Positions 15,819 to 25,700 of a stretch of DNA of 64,000 nt are shown here, piece by piece (the stretch's first letter is position 1; each line of letters opens with the position of its first letter). This DNA comes from an uncultured bacterium (GTDB taxonomy: Bacteria > Krumholzibacteriota > Krumholzibacteriia > Krumholzibacteriales > Krumholzibacteriaceae): the NCBI GenBank assembly GCA_963786935.1, contig CAWBAN010000002.1, positions 1 to 64,000 on the forward strand, written 5' to 3'. The position numbers and the translations under genes are program-made. The notes under the pieces were generated by a model. The model was not told the DNA's origin, did no database searches, and worked only from the letters and a program-made list of their open reading frames with translations.

Positions 15819-18116
15819 TCACCGCCGCCGGCCGAGGAAGAGGTAGTAGTTCCCGCGGTCGTTCTCGGCGGCGCCGTAGGCGACGTAGACCGGCCCGATG
15901 GGAGTGTCGAGGCCGAGGAAGACGCTCCCCGCCGCCCGGCCGTTGTCGAGGGCGATCTCGTCCCGCGTCTGAAACACGTTCCCGTACTCGATCGACAGCC
16001 CCGCGTAGACGGATAGCGCCGTGAGATCGGCGAGCCGGTAGTACGCGAGCGCCGAGACGATCCCCGCGTGCTGCCCGACGAGCTCGTCCTGCTCGAGCCC
16101 CGAGAGCCGCGTGAAGCCGCCGAGGCGGTAGAGGCGCATGTAGGGCGCGTCGCTGTCGCGCGTCGTCGCGAACGTCCCCTCGAGGAGCCCCGTCAGGCGC
16201 CCGAGCGAGCCGGCCACGCCCCCGTCGACGATTCCCTGCTCGTAGTGAACGTCGGAGCCGAGCTCCTCGAGGCCGGCCGAGAGCCGCACGCGCAGGTCGC
16301 CGCCCGAGTGGGGAAAATGGAGATTGTCGAGCTCGTCCGCCCAGAGCTGCAGATACGCCTCTCCGATGTCGAAATCGACGTCGGGCGTGCCCGCCGGCCC
16401 GACCTGCGTCGAGATCGTGCCCGCTTCGCGCAGGACGCCGGCCCGGATCTCGCCGAGCGTGCCGAGCTCGCGGCCCACGGCGGCGTCCACGCCGTAGATG
16501 AACGTTCCGAGCTCGGCGGTTTTGTGCCCCTCGGCGTCGAACACGTCGTCGGCCCGGTCGGTCACGGCCGCCCTGAGATGAACGAACGGCCGCAGGGATT
16601 TCGTTATGGGCTGATAGAGCTCGGTGAACGCCCCCGGCTCCTGGCCGATCTGCACGCCGAGACGCCATTCGCCGTTCAGGCGGTTGATCGCCGTGCGCGT
16701 GTACGCGGCGGCGAGGTTGAAATTCGCCCCTTCGTATTCCTCGAAGATCGCCACGCCGGCCTGCAGGTAATTCGGGCCCCACGAGCGCTCGCGCAGCGTC
16801 ACGGTGAGCACGGTGCGCCCCGACTCAATGCTCACGTCATAGTAGACCGACTCGAAGAGCTCGAGCCCGACGAGCTGGTCGATGTCCTTCTCCAGCCGGT
16901 CCACGTCGAGCGGCGTTCCGGGCTCGACGTGGAGCCGCTCCCTGATTACCGGGGTGCCGACGCGCGAATGATTGAGGATTCTGATCTCGTCCACGACCGG
17001 CGGCGCGCGACGCGACGCCCGCGCGGCCTCGGCCCGCCGCGCCGCGAAGGCCCGGTATTCCTCCGGGGACACGGAGAGCCGCGAGAGCGTGTCGGCGGCG
17101 GCCCTCGCCGTCTCGTAGCCGATGGGGATCGCCTCGGCGGCCCGGTCGAACGAGGCCGTCGTGATGGTGCCGAGATCGGGCCGGACGAGAACGTCTCCCG
17201 GGCGCAGCGAGGCGATCTGCTCGTCGGTGTCGCGCCTCGTCATGATTCCCATGATCTGGTCGGTGACGGCGATCACGGAACGGAGCTCGTCGCGATTTCG
17301 GAGCGGGGTGCTGATGTCGACCGCGATGACGATGTCCGCGCCCATCGCCCGCACCACCTCGACGGGAAGGTTCCGCGTGATGCCGCCGTCCACGAAGAGG
17401 CGGCCGTCGATCTCCCGCGGCGCGAACGCGATGGGGATCGCCATGCTCGCCCGCAGCGCGAGCGCGAGGTCCCCGTGATCGAGCACGACCGGCTCGCCGG
17501 TAGTAAGGTCCGCGGCGACGCAGCGGAAGGGAATGCTCAGCGAATCGAAATCGCGGATCTCGACGACGGGGAGCGTGTACCGCTTGAGGAGGAGATCGAT
17601 CTTCTGCCCGTCGATGAGCCCGGGCGGAAAGAGGAGCCCCTCGCGCGATATTCCCGGCTTGTGCTTGACGAGGTAGAGATCGTCGTCGCGCTTGCGGCGG
17701 AAGGAGCGGTCGGTGCGCGGGATGAAGTCGGAGAATGCGTCGGTCCAATCGATCTGGGTGATCAACGTTTCGAGCTCGTCGGGCGGAATGCCGGAGGCGT
17801 AGAGCCCGCCCACGATCGATCCCATGCTCGTGCCCGCGACGTAATCGATCGGGATCCGGAGCTCCTCGAGCACCTTGAGCACGCCGACGTGCGCAGCGCC
17901 GCGGGCGCCGCCCCCGCTCAGCGCGAGCCCGATGCGCGGCCGGGCGGTCGGCTTCGGAACCGCCGCGGTATCCGCGCCGGGCTCCGTCGCCCGCGCCGGC
18001 CCCGAGAGCGCGCCGAGACACCCCGCGATCGCGCAGAGACACGCCGCGAGCACGAGAAACGGCATCCCGGAAATTCCGTTCCGGCGCTCCGCGCCGCGAT
18101 GCATGCGACTTGACAT
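15819..18116 (-). CDS. Patatin-like phospholipase with POTRA/Omp85 barrel (PlpD-like)
   Basis: LSGGGARG, GTSMG and DGG motifs; C-terminal barrel ending LGLDTPIGPV..YLFLG. Confidence 0.9.
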   Translation of the reverse strand: MSSRMHRGAERRNGISGMPFLVLAACLCAIAGCLGALSGPARATEPGADTAAVPKPTARPRIGLALSGGGARGAAHVGVLKVLEELRIPIDYVAGTSMGSIVGGLYASGIPPDELETLITQIDWTDAFSDFIPRTDRSFRRKRDDDLYLVKHKPGISREGLLFPPGLIDGQKIDLLLKRYTLPVVEIRDFDSLSIPFRCVAADLTTGEPVVLDHGDLALALRASMAIPIAFAPREIDGRLFVDGGITRNLPVEVVRAMGADIVIAVDISTPLRNRDELRSVIAVTDQIMGIMTRRDTDEQIASLRPGDVLVRPDLGTITTASFDRAAEAIPIGYETARAAADTLSRLSVSPEEYRAFAARRAEAARASRRAPPVVDEIRILNHSRVGTPVIRERLHVEPGTPLDVDRLEKDIDQLVGLELFESVYYDVSIESGRTVLTVTLRERSWGPNYLQAGVAIFEEYEGANFNLAAAYTRTAINRLNGEWRLGVQIGQEPGAFTELYQPITKSLRPFVHLRAAVTDRADDVFDAEGHKTAELGTFIYGVDAAVGRELGTLGEIRAGVLREAGTISTQVGPAGTPDVDFDIGEAYLQLWADELDNLHFPHSGGDLRVRLSAGLEELGSDVHYEQGIVDGGVAGSLGRLTGLLEGTFATTRDSDAPYMRLYRLGGFTRLSGLEQDELVGQHAGIVSALAYYRLADLTALSVYAGLSIEYGNVFQTRDEIALDNGRAAGSVFLGLDTPIGPVYVAYGAAENDRGNYYLFLGRRR

Positions 18117-18248
18117 GCGATCCTCCCGCGCGATAAAGTATTAGGAGGCAATCGATTGAATTCTTCATAGCAGGATTTTTCCGGGCGCGCAACAGCATTC
18201 GGGAGAGATCCTGCGGGCCTGCCGATCTCGCCGGAAAGGACGCCGCAC

Positions 18249-18992
18249 ATGAATGGCATTCGAATGAAGCATTTCGCGGTGCTCTTCGTGTCGCTCCTCG
18301 CCGCGGCGGCGAGCCTCGCGGCGTTCCCGCATGAGGCGCGCGCCGAATCGGGCGAAAGCCCGGGCGCGGGCGACTTTCCCCCGAGCCGTTGGGCCGTCGC
18401 GCGGTTTCAGGGCCTCGTGACCTTTCCGCTCGGGGAGAACAACGTCGCGGCCTGGAACGACTGCGGCTCCGGATGGCTCGAGTACTTCGGCTTCAACAGC
18501 TCGATCGACACCCACAATTCCGGCGGCTGCCTCGCGAGCTTCGAATACGTGATGAAGCACCGGTACGGGCTCGAGGTGGGCTTCACCTACTGGCACGAGA
18601 TCCTGACCATCTGGGCCGAAGCGGCCGGCTACACGGTCGAAGGCTGCCCCAATTTCATCATGCCGACCCTCGGGGCGAACTACCACTTCCTGACCGACGG
18701 GAAAAAAGACATCTACGGCGGGGCGCTCTGCGCGCTCGGCGTCATCGCCACGGGCTCCGGCTCGGACATCGACGTGAGCAAGGACGTGGCGCTCGGGCTC
18801 TCCCTCGGTATGGATTATTACGTGAAGGGCTCGTGGAGCGTCGGAGCCACCGCCAAGTACATCGATTTCGGCGAGATCAATTTTTCCCTCTTTCCGGATG
18901 AGGTGCGGGAATTTCTCTGCGACAACGGCCTCGTCGGGATGGGGCATCTGAACGTCATCTCCATGACCTTCGGAATCGGTTACCGTTTCTAG
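18249..18992 (+). CDS. Outer-membrane beta-barrel protein (OmpW-like)
   Basis: Signal peptide; PTLGANYHF, LGMDYY; terminal GIGYRF. Confidence 0.7.
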   Translation: MNGIRMKHFAVLFVSLLAAAASLAAFPHEARAESGESPGAGDFPPSRWAVARFQGLVTFPLGENNVAAWNDCGSGWLEYFGFNSSIDTHNSGGCLASFEYVMKHRYGLEVGFTYWHEILTIWAEAAGYTVEGCPNFIMPTLGANYHFLTDGKKDIYGGALCALGVIATGSGSDIDVSKDVALGLSLGMDYYVKGSWSVGATAKYIDFGEINFSLFPDEVREFLCDNGLVGMGHLNVISMTFGIGYRF

Positions 18993-19037
18993 CGCGGCGC
19001 GCCGGCGCGCGGGGGCTTCCGACGAAAGGAGCTAATC

Positions 19038-19709
19038 GTGAGAAAGCGTCATCTGTCGATTCTCGTGTTCGCGCTCGTCGCGTCGAGCGCCGCCCCGGCG
19101 ATCGCCGGGAAGATCTCGTTCGGGGCCAATCTCGGGATCCTCACGTCCAACGTCACCGGGACGCCCGAAGGGTGGGAGGACGCGAAGTCGTACCGGACGA
19201 CTGCCACGGGCGGCGTCTATCTGAACTATGCCTATAACGAATCGTTCAGCCTGCAGCCCGAGATCGTCTACGCGTCGAAGGGATTCGTCGGCAATATCTA
19301 CGAGGACGAATGGTTCGACATCGACGCGACGGCGAGCTTCGATTACATCGAGATCCCCGTGCTCGCGCGGTACTCGTTCATGCCGGGCGGGAAATTCCGT
19401 CCGTGCGTCTTCGCGGGCGCGAGCCTCTCCTACTGCATGGCGTCCGAGCTCGAGGTGTCCCAGTGGCCGGCCTCCGTGACCGTCGACATCTCGAGCATCA
19501 CGCACACGACCGATTTCGGCCTCATTCTCGGCGGGGGATTCGGTTACGAAGTCGGCAAGGGAACGCTCACCTTCGACATCCGCTATCAGAACTGTTTCAC
19601 GAACGTCGTCACGAGCGGCGACTTCGAGATCAACGGCTCCGTCCAGACGATCGACGTCGACGATTTCAAGAATTACGGATTCGCGTTCCTCGTGGGGTAC
19701 CGGATCTAG
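19038..19709 (+). CDS. Outer-membrane beta-barrel, PorT-like porin family
   Basis: FSLQPEIVYASKG, DYIEIPVLARY, DFGLILGGG; terminal VGYRI. Confidence 0.8.
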   Translation: MRKRHLSILVFALVASSAAPAIAGKISFGANLGILTSNVTGTPEGWEDAKSYRTTATGGVYLNYAYNESFSLQPEIVYASKGFVGNIYEDEWFDIDATASFDYIEIPVLARYSFMPGGKFRPCVFAGASLSYCMASELEVSQWPASVTVDISSITHTTDFGLILGGGFGYEVGKGTLTFDIRYQNCFTNVVTSGDFEINGSVQTIDVDDFKNYGFAFLVGYRI

Positions 19710-19717
19710 GCGGCACG

Positions 19718-20869
19718 CTAAAACGCCTCGAGCACCATCGCGTAGATGCCGGCGTTGTCGCCGCTGCCGAAGCCGAAGTCGAGCCGCGCGTTGATCCGCT
19801 CCTGCGCGTCGAACAAGAACCGCAGCCCGAATCCCGCGCTGTATTTCAAGCGATCGACGCTGAACTCGCTCAGGTCGCTCTGCACGTCGCCCGCGCCCGC
19901 GAACGCGGCGGCCCCGAACCTCCACGCGATCGGGAACCGGTATTCGATCTGCGCCGTGATCATGTTGCGGTCGCGGTACCGGCCTTTGTAGAAGCCGCGC
20001 ATCGAGTACGAGCCGCCGAGCATGGCGAGCATCTGAAACGGCGCCTCGCCGGAGATGAAGACGTCATAGGTCTGGATCGCGATCACGTGCGAGCGGAAAA
20101 TGCTCCGATGATACATCCGCAGGTCGAGGCTCAGCACCTTGAACGCGTAATCGCTCCCGATCCCGCCGCCGAACGAGACGGCCGAGATCTGATTGTAGAA
20201 GCCGGTGAACGGCTGATAGGTGTTGTCGCGGGTGTCGTGCCTGAGGATGACGCCGAGCCCCGACGCCGAGCCCCCCTGACTTCCGGGAACCGTGCCGGCC
20301 TGCAGCTCGCCGCGCGCGTCGGTCTCGTCAACGGACAGGTACTGATACTCGTAGAGCGGGCCGGCGTAGAGGCCGGGCAGGATCTGCATCTGGACGGTCG
20401 TGCTCGACCTGAAATCGTTCGAGCGGTACTTCTCTTCCGCGCTGTCGGGAGTGTCGCCGCCGACCCCCCAGAATTTGTCGGGATATTTGTAATACCCGTA
20501 ATAGCCGGTGTAATAGTACCGCTCGTTCCGCAGGTAGAGCTCGGGCAGGAGCGCGAGAATCATCTGGTTCAGCTGCGTGTAGGTCGCCGCGATCCTGATG
20601 TTCGAGGGGCGGCCCGGGGGGAGGGCTTCGGCGGGGCCGGCGGGGGCGTCCCCCGTGCGGAACGAGTAGATGCTCCCGCCGCCGAAGGCCACCTTCGTCT
20701 CGGGCGTGTAGTACGCGTAGGGAAGCAGCACGAAGCTGTGGCGCTTCTGCGGCAGGGAATCCGCACGGGCCTGAGCGCTTTCGGGCTCCTCGGGCGCGCA
20801 CGGAGCGGCTCCGCGGGCGAGACACGCGGCGGACACAAGCAGATACAGGGAAACGATTGCTCGCAGCAT
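19718..20869 (-). CDS. Omp85/BamA-TamA family barrel-only surface antigen
   Basis: DTRDN, LGGSYSMRGFYKGRYRD, GFGLRF..RLDFGFG; terminal EAF. Confidence 0.8.
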   Translation of the reverse strand: MLRAIVSLYLLVSAACLARGAAPCAPEEPESAQARADSLPQKRHSFVLLPYAYYTPETKVAFGGGSIYSFRTGDAPAGPAEALPPGRPSNIRIAATYTQLNQMILALLPELYLRNERYYYTGYYGYYKYPDKFWGVGGDTPDSAEEKYRSNDFRSSTTVQMQILPGLYAGPLYEYQYLSVDETDARGELQAGTVPGSQGGSASGLGVILRHDTRDNTYQPFTGFYNQISAVSFGGGIGSDYAFKVLSLDLRMYHRSIFRSHVIAIQTYDVFISGEAPFQMLAMLGGSYSMRGFYKGRYRDRNMITAQIEYRFPIAWRFGAAAFAGAGDVQSDLSEFSVDRLKYSAGFGLRFLFDAQERINARLDFGFGSGDNAGIYAMVLEAF

Positions 20870-20924
20870 TGGCCGACTTTATCACAAAATCGGCGCGGCC
20901 GCCAGCCGCCGCGATGCGCCCGGC

Positions 20925-22001
20925 TCACTGCCGGTAGACGGCGGCGTTGATGTTCATCCCCGCGCCGACCGAGGCGAACATGATGACGTCGCCCGGGTGA
21001 ATCTCGTGGTTCTTCACTTTCCCCTTGAGGATCATGTCGTAGAGGGTGGGAATGGTGGCCACGGAGCTGTTGCCCAGCTCGTGGATGTTCATCGGCATGA
21101 TCTCGGCGGAGGTCTTCTTGATTTTGCACAGGCGCATGAAACGCGCGAGGATCGCCTCGTCCATCTTCTCGTTCGCCTGATGGATGACGACCTTCTTGAT
21201 CTCGTCGGCGGGAACGCCCGATTTATCCAGCGCCATCTTCATGGCGACGGGCACGTTCTGCAGCGAGTACTCGTAGATTTTCCGGCCGTCCATTTTGAGG
21301 TAACGGATACGGGGATCGGCGCCGGGAGCGTTCGATTTGCCCAGATACAGGTAGTGCACCTGCTCCTCGGAATGCGACATCATGGCGTAGGAAAGAACGC
21401 CCCTCCGCTCCTCGGACTGGATCCCTTCGACGACGGTCGCTCCCGCCCCGTCGGCGTAGATCATGGAGTCGCGATCGTGCTTGTCGATGACCCTCGAGAG
21501 GGTTTCGACGCCGATCACGAGGCATCGTTTGGCCATTCCCGATTTGATATAGGAATCGGCCTGAATGAGCCCCTGCAGCCAGCCGGGGCATCCGAAAAGG
21601 ACGTCGTAGGGAATGCAGAATGAATTCTTGATGCCGAGAAAATGCTTCACCCGGGAAGCGAGGCTCGGAACGACATCGGTCTGGATGGTATCCTTGAGGA
21701 TATCGCCGAAGTTGTGGGCGACAATGATCTGATCGATCGTTTCGCGATCGATTTTCGCGTCGGCGACCGCCTTCTCGGCGGCCTTGGCGGCGAGGTCCGA
21801 CGAGCGCATCTCGTCCGGGGCGTACCGCCGCTCGGCGATGCCGGTGATATCCTTGAATTTGCTTATCACATCGCGCACGAAGGTCGCCATCGCGGACTCG
21901 TCCTTGTCGAAGAACGTGTGGCGGACGAACGCCTCGTTGGCGACTCGCACATCGGGGATATAGCTTCCGGTCCCGGCAATCACCGTATTGAGAAACTTCA
22001 T
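20925..22001 (-). CDS. fabH: 3-oxoacyl-ACP synthase III
   Basis: GTGSYIP, GIAERR, catalytic C (FGCPG), H (IHQAN) and N (GNSS), SVGAGM. Confidence 0.9.
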   Translation of the reverse strand: MKFLNTVIAGTGSYIPDVRVANEAFVRHTFFDKDESAMATFVRDVISKFKDITGIAERRYAPDEMRSSDLAAKAAEKAVADAKIDRETIDQIIVAHNFGDILKDTIQTDVVPSLASRVKHFLGIKNSFCIPYDVLFGCPGWLQGLIQADSYIKSGMAKRCLVIGVETLSRVIDKHDRDSMIYADGAGATVVEGIQSEERRGVLSYAMMSHSEEQVHYLYLGKSNAPGADPRIRYLKMDGRKIYEYSLQNVPVAMKMALDKSGVPADEIKKVVIHQANEKMDEAILARFMRLCKIKKTSAEIMPMNIHELGNSSVATIPTLYDMILKGKVKNHEIHPGDVIMFASVGAGMNINAAVYRQ

Positions 22002-22136
22002 CGCAGGAGCTCCCCGCCGCTATAAGGGCATCTGCCTAAATACGACTACGGCCCGATACACAGTATGTACACGATTTTTGACGCCAAGTCAATATGCAGC
22101 GTGTTTTTCCTGTCGCCCGTCACGGGGCCCCGCGCG

Positions 22137-22559
22137 CTACTTCCTGTGGAGCCTCCAGTAATAGTCTTCGTCCGCATTCACCGAGTTCAAATTGAGGGTG
22201 TCCGCCTCGAACCCGTATTCGAACTTGATGCCCGGCGAGCCGTTCATCATACGATCCGCGATGAGAAGGTTCGATTCGTCGGCCATCCACCACCACGTGA
22301 GGGTATCGAGCCCCTCCAGGCGCACCTCCAGCACGTCGTTCGTCTCGAACTCGAGCTCCACGGCAGTGATCATCTGATCGGGCATGCCGTTGGTGTACGA
22401 CTCGAACAACGTCCACGAGCCGAGGAAATCCTTCGTGGGATCGGAGCAGACCGTCGGCGTGGGGCAGGTGGTGTTGTCGTCGTCATCGCAGGAGTAGATC
22501 AGGCCGGCGGCGAGAACGACGCAAGCGAGCATGAGCCATCGGGCGCGGCGACCGTTCAT
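22137..22559 (-). CDS. Lipocalin-like lipoprotein (third paralogue)
   Basis: IYSC-DDDDNTTCPTPTVCSDP..FLGSW..YWRLHR. Confidence 0.75.
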   Translation of the reverse strand: MNGRRARWLMLACVVLAAGLIYSCDDDDNTTCPTPTVCSDPTKDFLGSWTLFESYTNGMPDQMITAVELEFETNDVLEVRLEGLDTLTWWWMADESNLLIADRMMNGSPGIKFEYGFEADTLNLNSVNADEDYYWRLHRK

Positions 22560-22767
22560 GGGGAGCACCTCCGTACTCGTGGCGGACATCGGGTTGAATT
22601 GAAACATGCTTTCCGCCTTACCCTACTCCCGCGGGGCCCGGGCTTCAAGGGGGAAATGCCGGGGCGGAAAGGCTCGCTCGATGGTCGAGATCCTTGCGCG
22701 AGCGCCTCGATCGGCGTATCCTGAAATCAGGCGATCCCGCGCGAGCGGGAAGACGCGGAGGTGAGCG

Positions 22768-23658
22768 ATGCCGACCATTCGCAAGATCAGAAAGGTCCTC
22801 AAGAGCAAACCGACGATCGAGGGGGCGGGCGTGCATCTCAGGCGCGCCTTCGGCTGGCACCACGTGCCGGAGCTCGACCCGTTTCTCCTCCTCGACGATT
22901 TTCATTCGGCGCGGCCCGATGAATATCTCGCGGGCTTCCCCTGGCACCCCCACCGCGGCATCGAGACGATCACCTACGTGCTCGAAGGGGACGTCGAGCA
23001 CGGCGACAGCATGGGCAACACGGGCGTGATCGCGTCGGGGGACGTCCAGTGGATGACGGCCGGGAGCGGCATCGTTCATCAGGAGATGCCGAAGGGGCGC
23101 GCGGACGGCCGCCTCTGGGGCTTTCAGCTCTGGGCCAACCTCCCCGCCTCGCACAAGATGATGGAGCCGCGGTACCGGGGAATCGAGGCCCGCGATATCC
23201 CGGAGGTGCGGCTCGACGGCGACGCGACGAAGGGCGCTCACGGCGAGCGCGGCGCCGCGATCAAGGTCATCTGCGGCGAGGTCGAGGGCGTGCGCGGCCC
23301 CGTGCGCGACGTCGTGACCGACCCGGAGTATCTCGACGTCTCGCTCCCGCCGGGCGCGAGCTTCGGGCGCAGCTGGCCGCGGGGCCATACCGTCTTCGCT
23401 TATGTGATCGATGGGGCGGGGGGCTTCCAGCCGGGCGGGGATGCGTGCGACCGCGAGAGCCTCGTCATCTTCGACGACGGGGACGAGCTCGCCGTGACGG
23501 CGGGGGACGCGGGCGTGCGATTCCTCCTCGTCTCGGGCAAACCGATCGGGGAGCCGATCGCCTGGTGGGGCCCCATCGTGATGAACACGCAGGAGGAGCT
23601 GCAGCTCGCCTTCGACGAGTACGACCGCGGCACGTTCCTCAAGCACGGGCGGAAGTAA
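22768..23658 (+). CDS. Pirin family protein
   Basis: DPFLLLD, HPHRGIETITY, QWMTAGSGIVHQE, QLWANLP, GPIVMNT. Confidence 0.95.
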   Translation: MPTIRKIRKVLKSKPTIEGAGVHLRRAFGWHHVPELDPFLLLDDFHSARPDEYLAGFPWHPHRGIETITYVLEGDVEHGDSMGNTGVIASGDVQWMTAGSGIVHQEMPKGRADGRLWGFQLWANLPASHKMMEPRYRGIEARDIPEVRLDGDATKGAHGERGAAIKVICGEVEGVRGPVRDVVTDPEYLDVSLPPGASFGRSWPRGHTVFAYVIDGAGGFQPGGDACDRESLVIFDDGDELAVTAGDAGVRFLLVSGKPIGEPIAWWGPIVMNTQEELQLAFDEYDRGTFLKHGRK

Positions 23659-23785
23659 GGTAGTGTCAAGAGTCGAATGCGGCCGGGCGCGATCGGCGAC
23701 AGGACCCGCAGGTGCGCGCCACGAAGCGCTGGCGTTCCGCCGCGGGGCGTGCTATGATGGCCGGCACACGGGGGAATGAAGGGCC

Positions 23786-24664
23786 ATGCCGCTGCAATTC
23801 AACAAATCGACCGATCAGGAGCACCAGGAGAAGCTCGACTCTCATCTCCTGTCCGCCGTATGGCGGCGCGCGTTCGCCATCGCGGGGCAGAAGGCGGTCT
23901 TCGACGTCTACACCGCCTTCGTCGGGAGCGGGGCGGAAATCAAGGCGACCGGCAAGTCCGAGAAGGGCAAGAAGCTCGGCAAGGTTACGGGCGCCGTTTT
24001 CGGCAACGCGTTCTCCGGCGAGTTCGATATCCCCGATGACATCGAAAAGGGGGACGAGATCTACTTCGAGGTCGATCTCTCCAAGAACGGCATCTCGGGC
24101 GAATCGAACCGGATCCCGGTCTTTCCGCCGATCCGCGTCTCCAACATGAAGTGGAGCGCCGCCGAGGCGCGCCGCGGCGACGTGCTCACCCTCTCGGCGG
24201 GCGTCACGGGCCTGCGCGACGGCACGGAGGCGCTCGTCACGATCTACGAGTACGACCGCGACGGGCTCAACGACAAGATCGTCGAGCTCCCCGTCGAGGT
24301 GAACGACGACAAGATCGAGATCAGCTGGGAGTACCAGTATTTCGAGGACACCGACGAGATCCCGACCGAGCAGGAGCTGCGGGAATACGGCAAGTCGTAC
24401 AACCCGCCTGAGTATTACTTCACGATCAAGGTCGGCGACGCCGAGTTCGGAACGAAGCAGGAGTCGGGGCTGCTGCTGTTCAAGGACTGGATCGACGTTG
24501 AATTGCTGAACAGCAGGGGCGAGCCCGTGCCCGACGCCAATTACATCCTGAAGCTCCCCGACGGCACCGAGCAGCGCGGCCAGCTCGACGGCGCCGGCAA
24601 GGCGCGCGTCGAGGACGTGCCGCCCGGCACATTCAAGATAATCTTTCCCGATCTGGAGGAATGA
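23786..24664 (+). CDS. Acidic hypothetical protein with a C-terminal transthyretin-like beta-sandwich
   Basis: WIDVELLNSRGEPVPDANYILKLPDG..GQLDGAGKARVEDVPPG..IIFPDL. Confidence 0.65.
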   Translation: MPLQFNKSTDQEHQEKLDSHLLSAVWRRAFAIAGQKAVFDVYTAFVGSGAEIKATGKSEKGKKLGKVTGAVFGNAFSGEFDIPDDIEKGDEIYFEVDLSKNGISGESNRIPVFPPIRVSNMKWSAAEARRGDVLTLSAGVTGLRDGTEALVTIYEYDRDGLNDKIVELPVEVNDDKIEISWEYQYFEDTDEIPTEQELREYGKSYNPPEYYFTIKVGDAEFGTKQESGLLLFKDWIDVELLNSRGEPVPDANYILKLPDGTEQRGQLDGAGKARVEDVPPGTFKIIFPDLEE

Positions 24665-24728
24665 CGCGCATCGTGGAGGAATGATCCCGCCGCGGCGGCG
24701 CGGCGCCGCGCAGACCCGGAGCGATGCC

Positions 24729-25578
24729 ATGGCCGATTACAACGTTTACTTCTTCGTCGTGCGGCCGACGCTCGTGCCCGAGCACGTGGGCTCGAGCGGG
24801 GAATCCACCACCCTCACGGACGACGCCCCCGCCGTCGTGCAGGCGCGCGTCGACGTGCTCGCGATATTCACGCAGACGCTGCAGGACGCTCATGCAGGAG
24901 GCGGTGGCGCACATTCCCGGCTCGCATCCCGACTACGACGTGCACGTGGTGGAAATCCCGCAGGCCTCGCCGGGCGTGCCGAACTTCTCGGGGCTCACCG
25001 TCGCCATGCACGAGCCCATCGTGTACCTTACGAAGAAAGAGGCCGAGACGCGTCCGACCGATCCGATGGACCGGCGCGCGAGCCTCGTCATGCTGCAGGC
25101 GCTGCAGGACGGGAGGTTTCAGGAGTTCCCCACGGAGAACGTCCGCGCCTGGCGTGACGACATCACCGGCGGCGAGGGAGACCTCGAGGGGAAGGCCCTG
25201 CACGTCTAGGATCTCGCCCCCGCCGTGGCCGAGGCCTTCAGCAACGCCCGGATGCAGTACGACGCCGACAACTGGAAAACAATTCAGGGAAATATGCTGG
25301 CGCGGGCCGCCTATCACGAGATCGCCCACTGCAAATGCGAATGCGCCAACCGCGCGCATGGCTCGCGGTGGCAGAACGCGATCAGCGGCTCGATTCACGA
25401 TGAGGCCGGCGTCGCCATCCTGGCATCGCCGCACAACTGGAACGCGGTGCAGTCGACCGCCGACAAGCAGCTCATGGGGCGGCACATGATGTGCCCCATC
25501 GCGTTCTACCAATTGGATCAGGAGATCGCGCCCCAGTGCTTCCACGAGGGCCGGCTGACCCCGCCGACGCCGCGCTGA
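24729..25578 (+). pseudogene. Interrupted putative HExxH metallopeptidase-like protein
   Basis: Starts MADYNVYFFVV; frameshift near 24885; in-frame TAG at 25207-25209; then AYHEIAHCKCE. Confidence 0.55.
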
Positions 25579-25700
25579 ACGCAGCCGCGCCCAGTCGTGT
25601 TTGCGCTTCTACGATCCCTGAATTTGTGATATAATTCAATCCGAGCACCCATTCAATAAACACAGAGGGATTTCCGGATCTCACCTAGGAGGGGATAACC

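Noticed and set aside
25207..25209. In-frame TAG as pyrrolysine or recoding
   Set aside because: TAG ends many intact genes here (e.g. 11057, 15279), no pyl genes are seen, and the same gene also has a frameshift.
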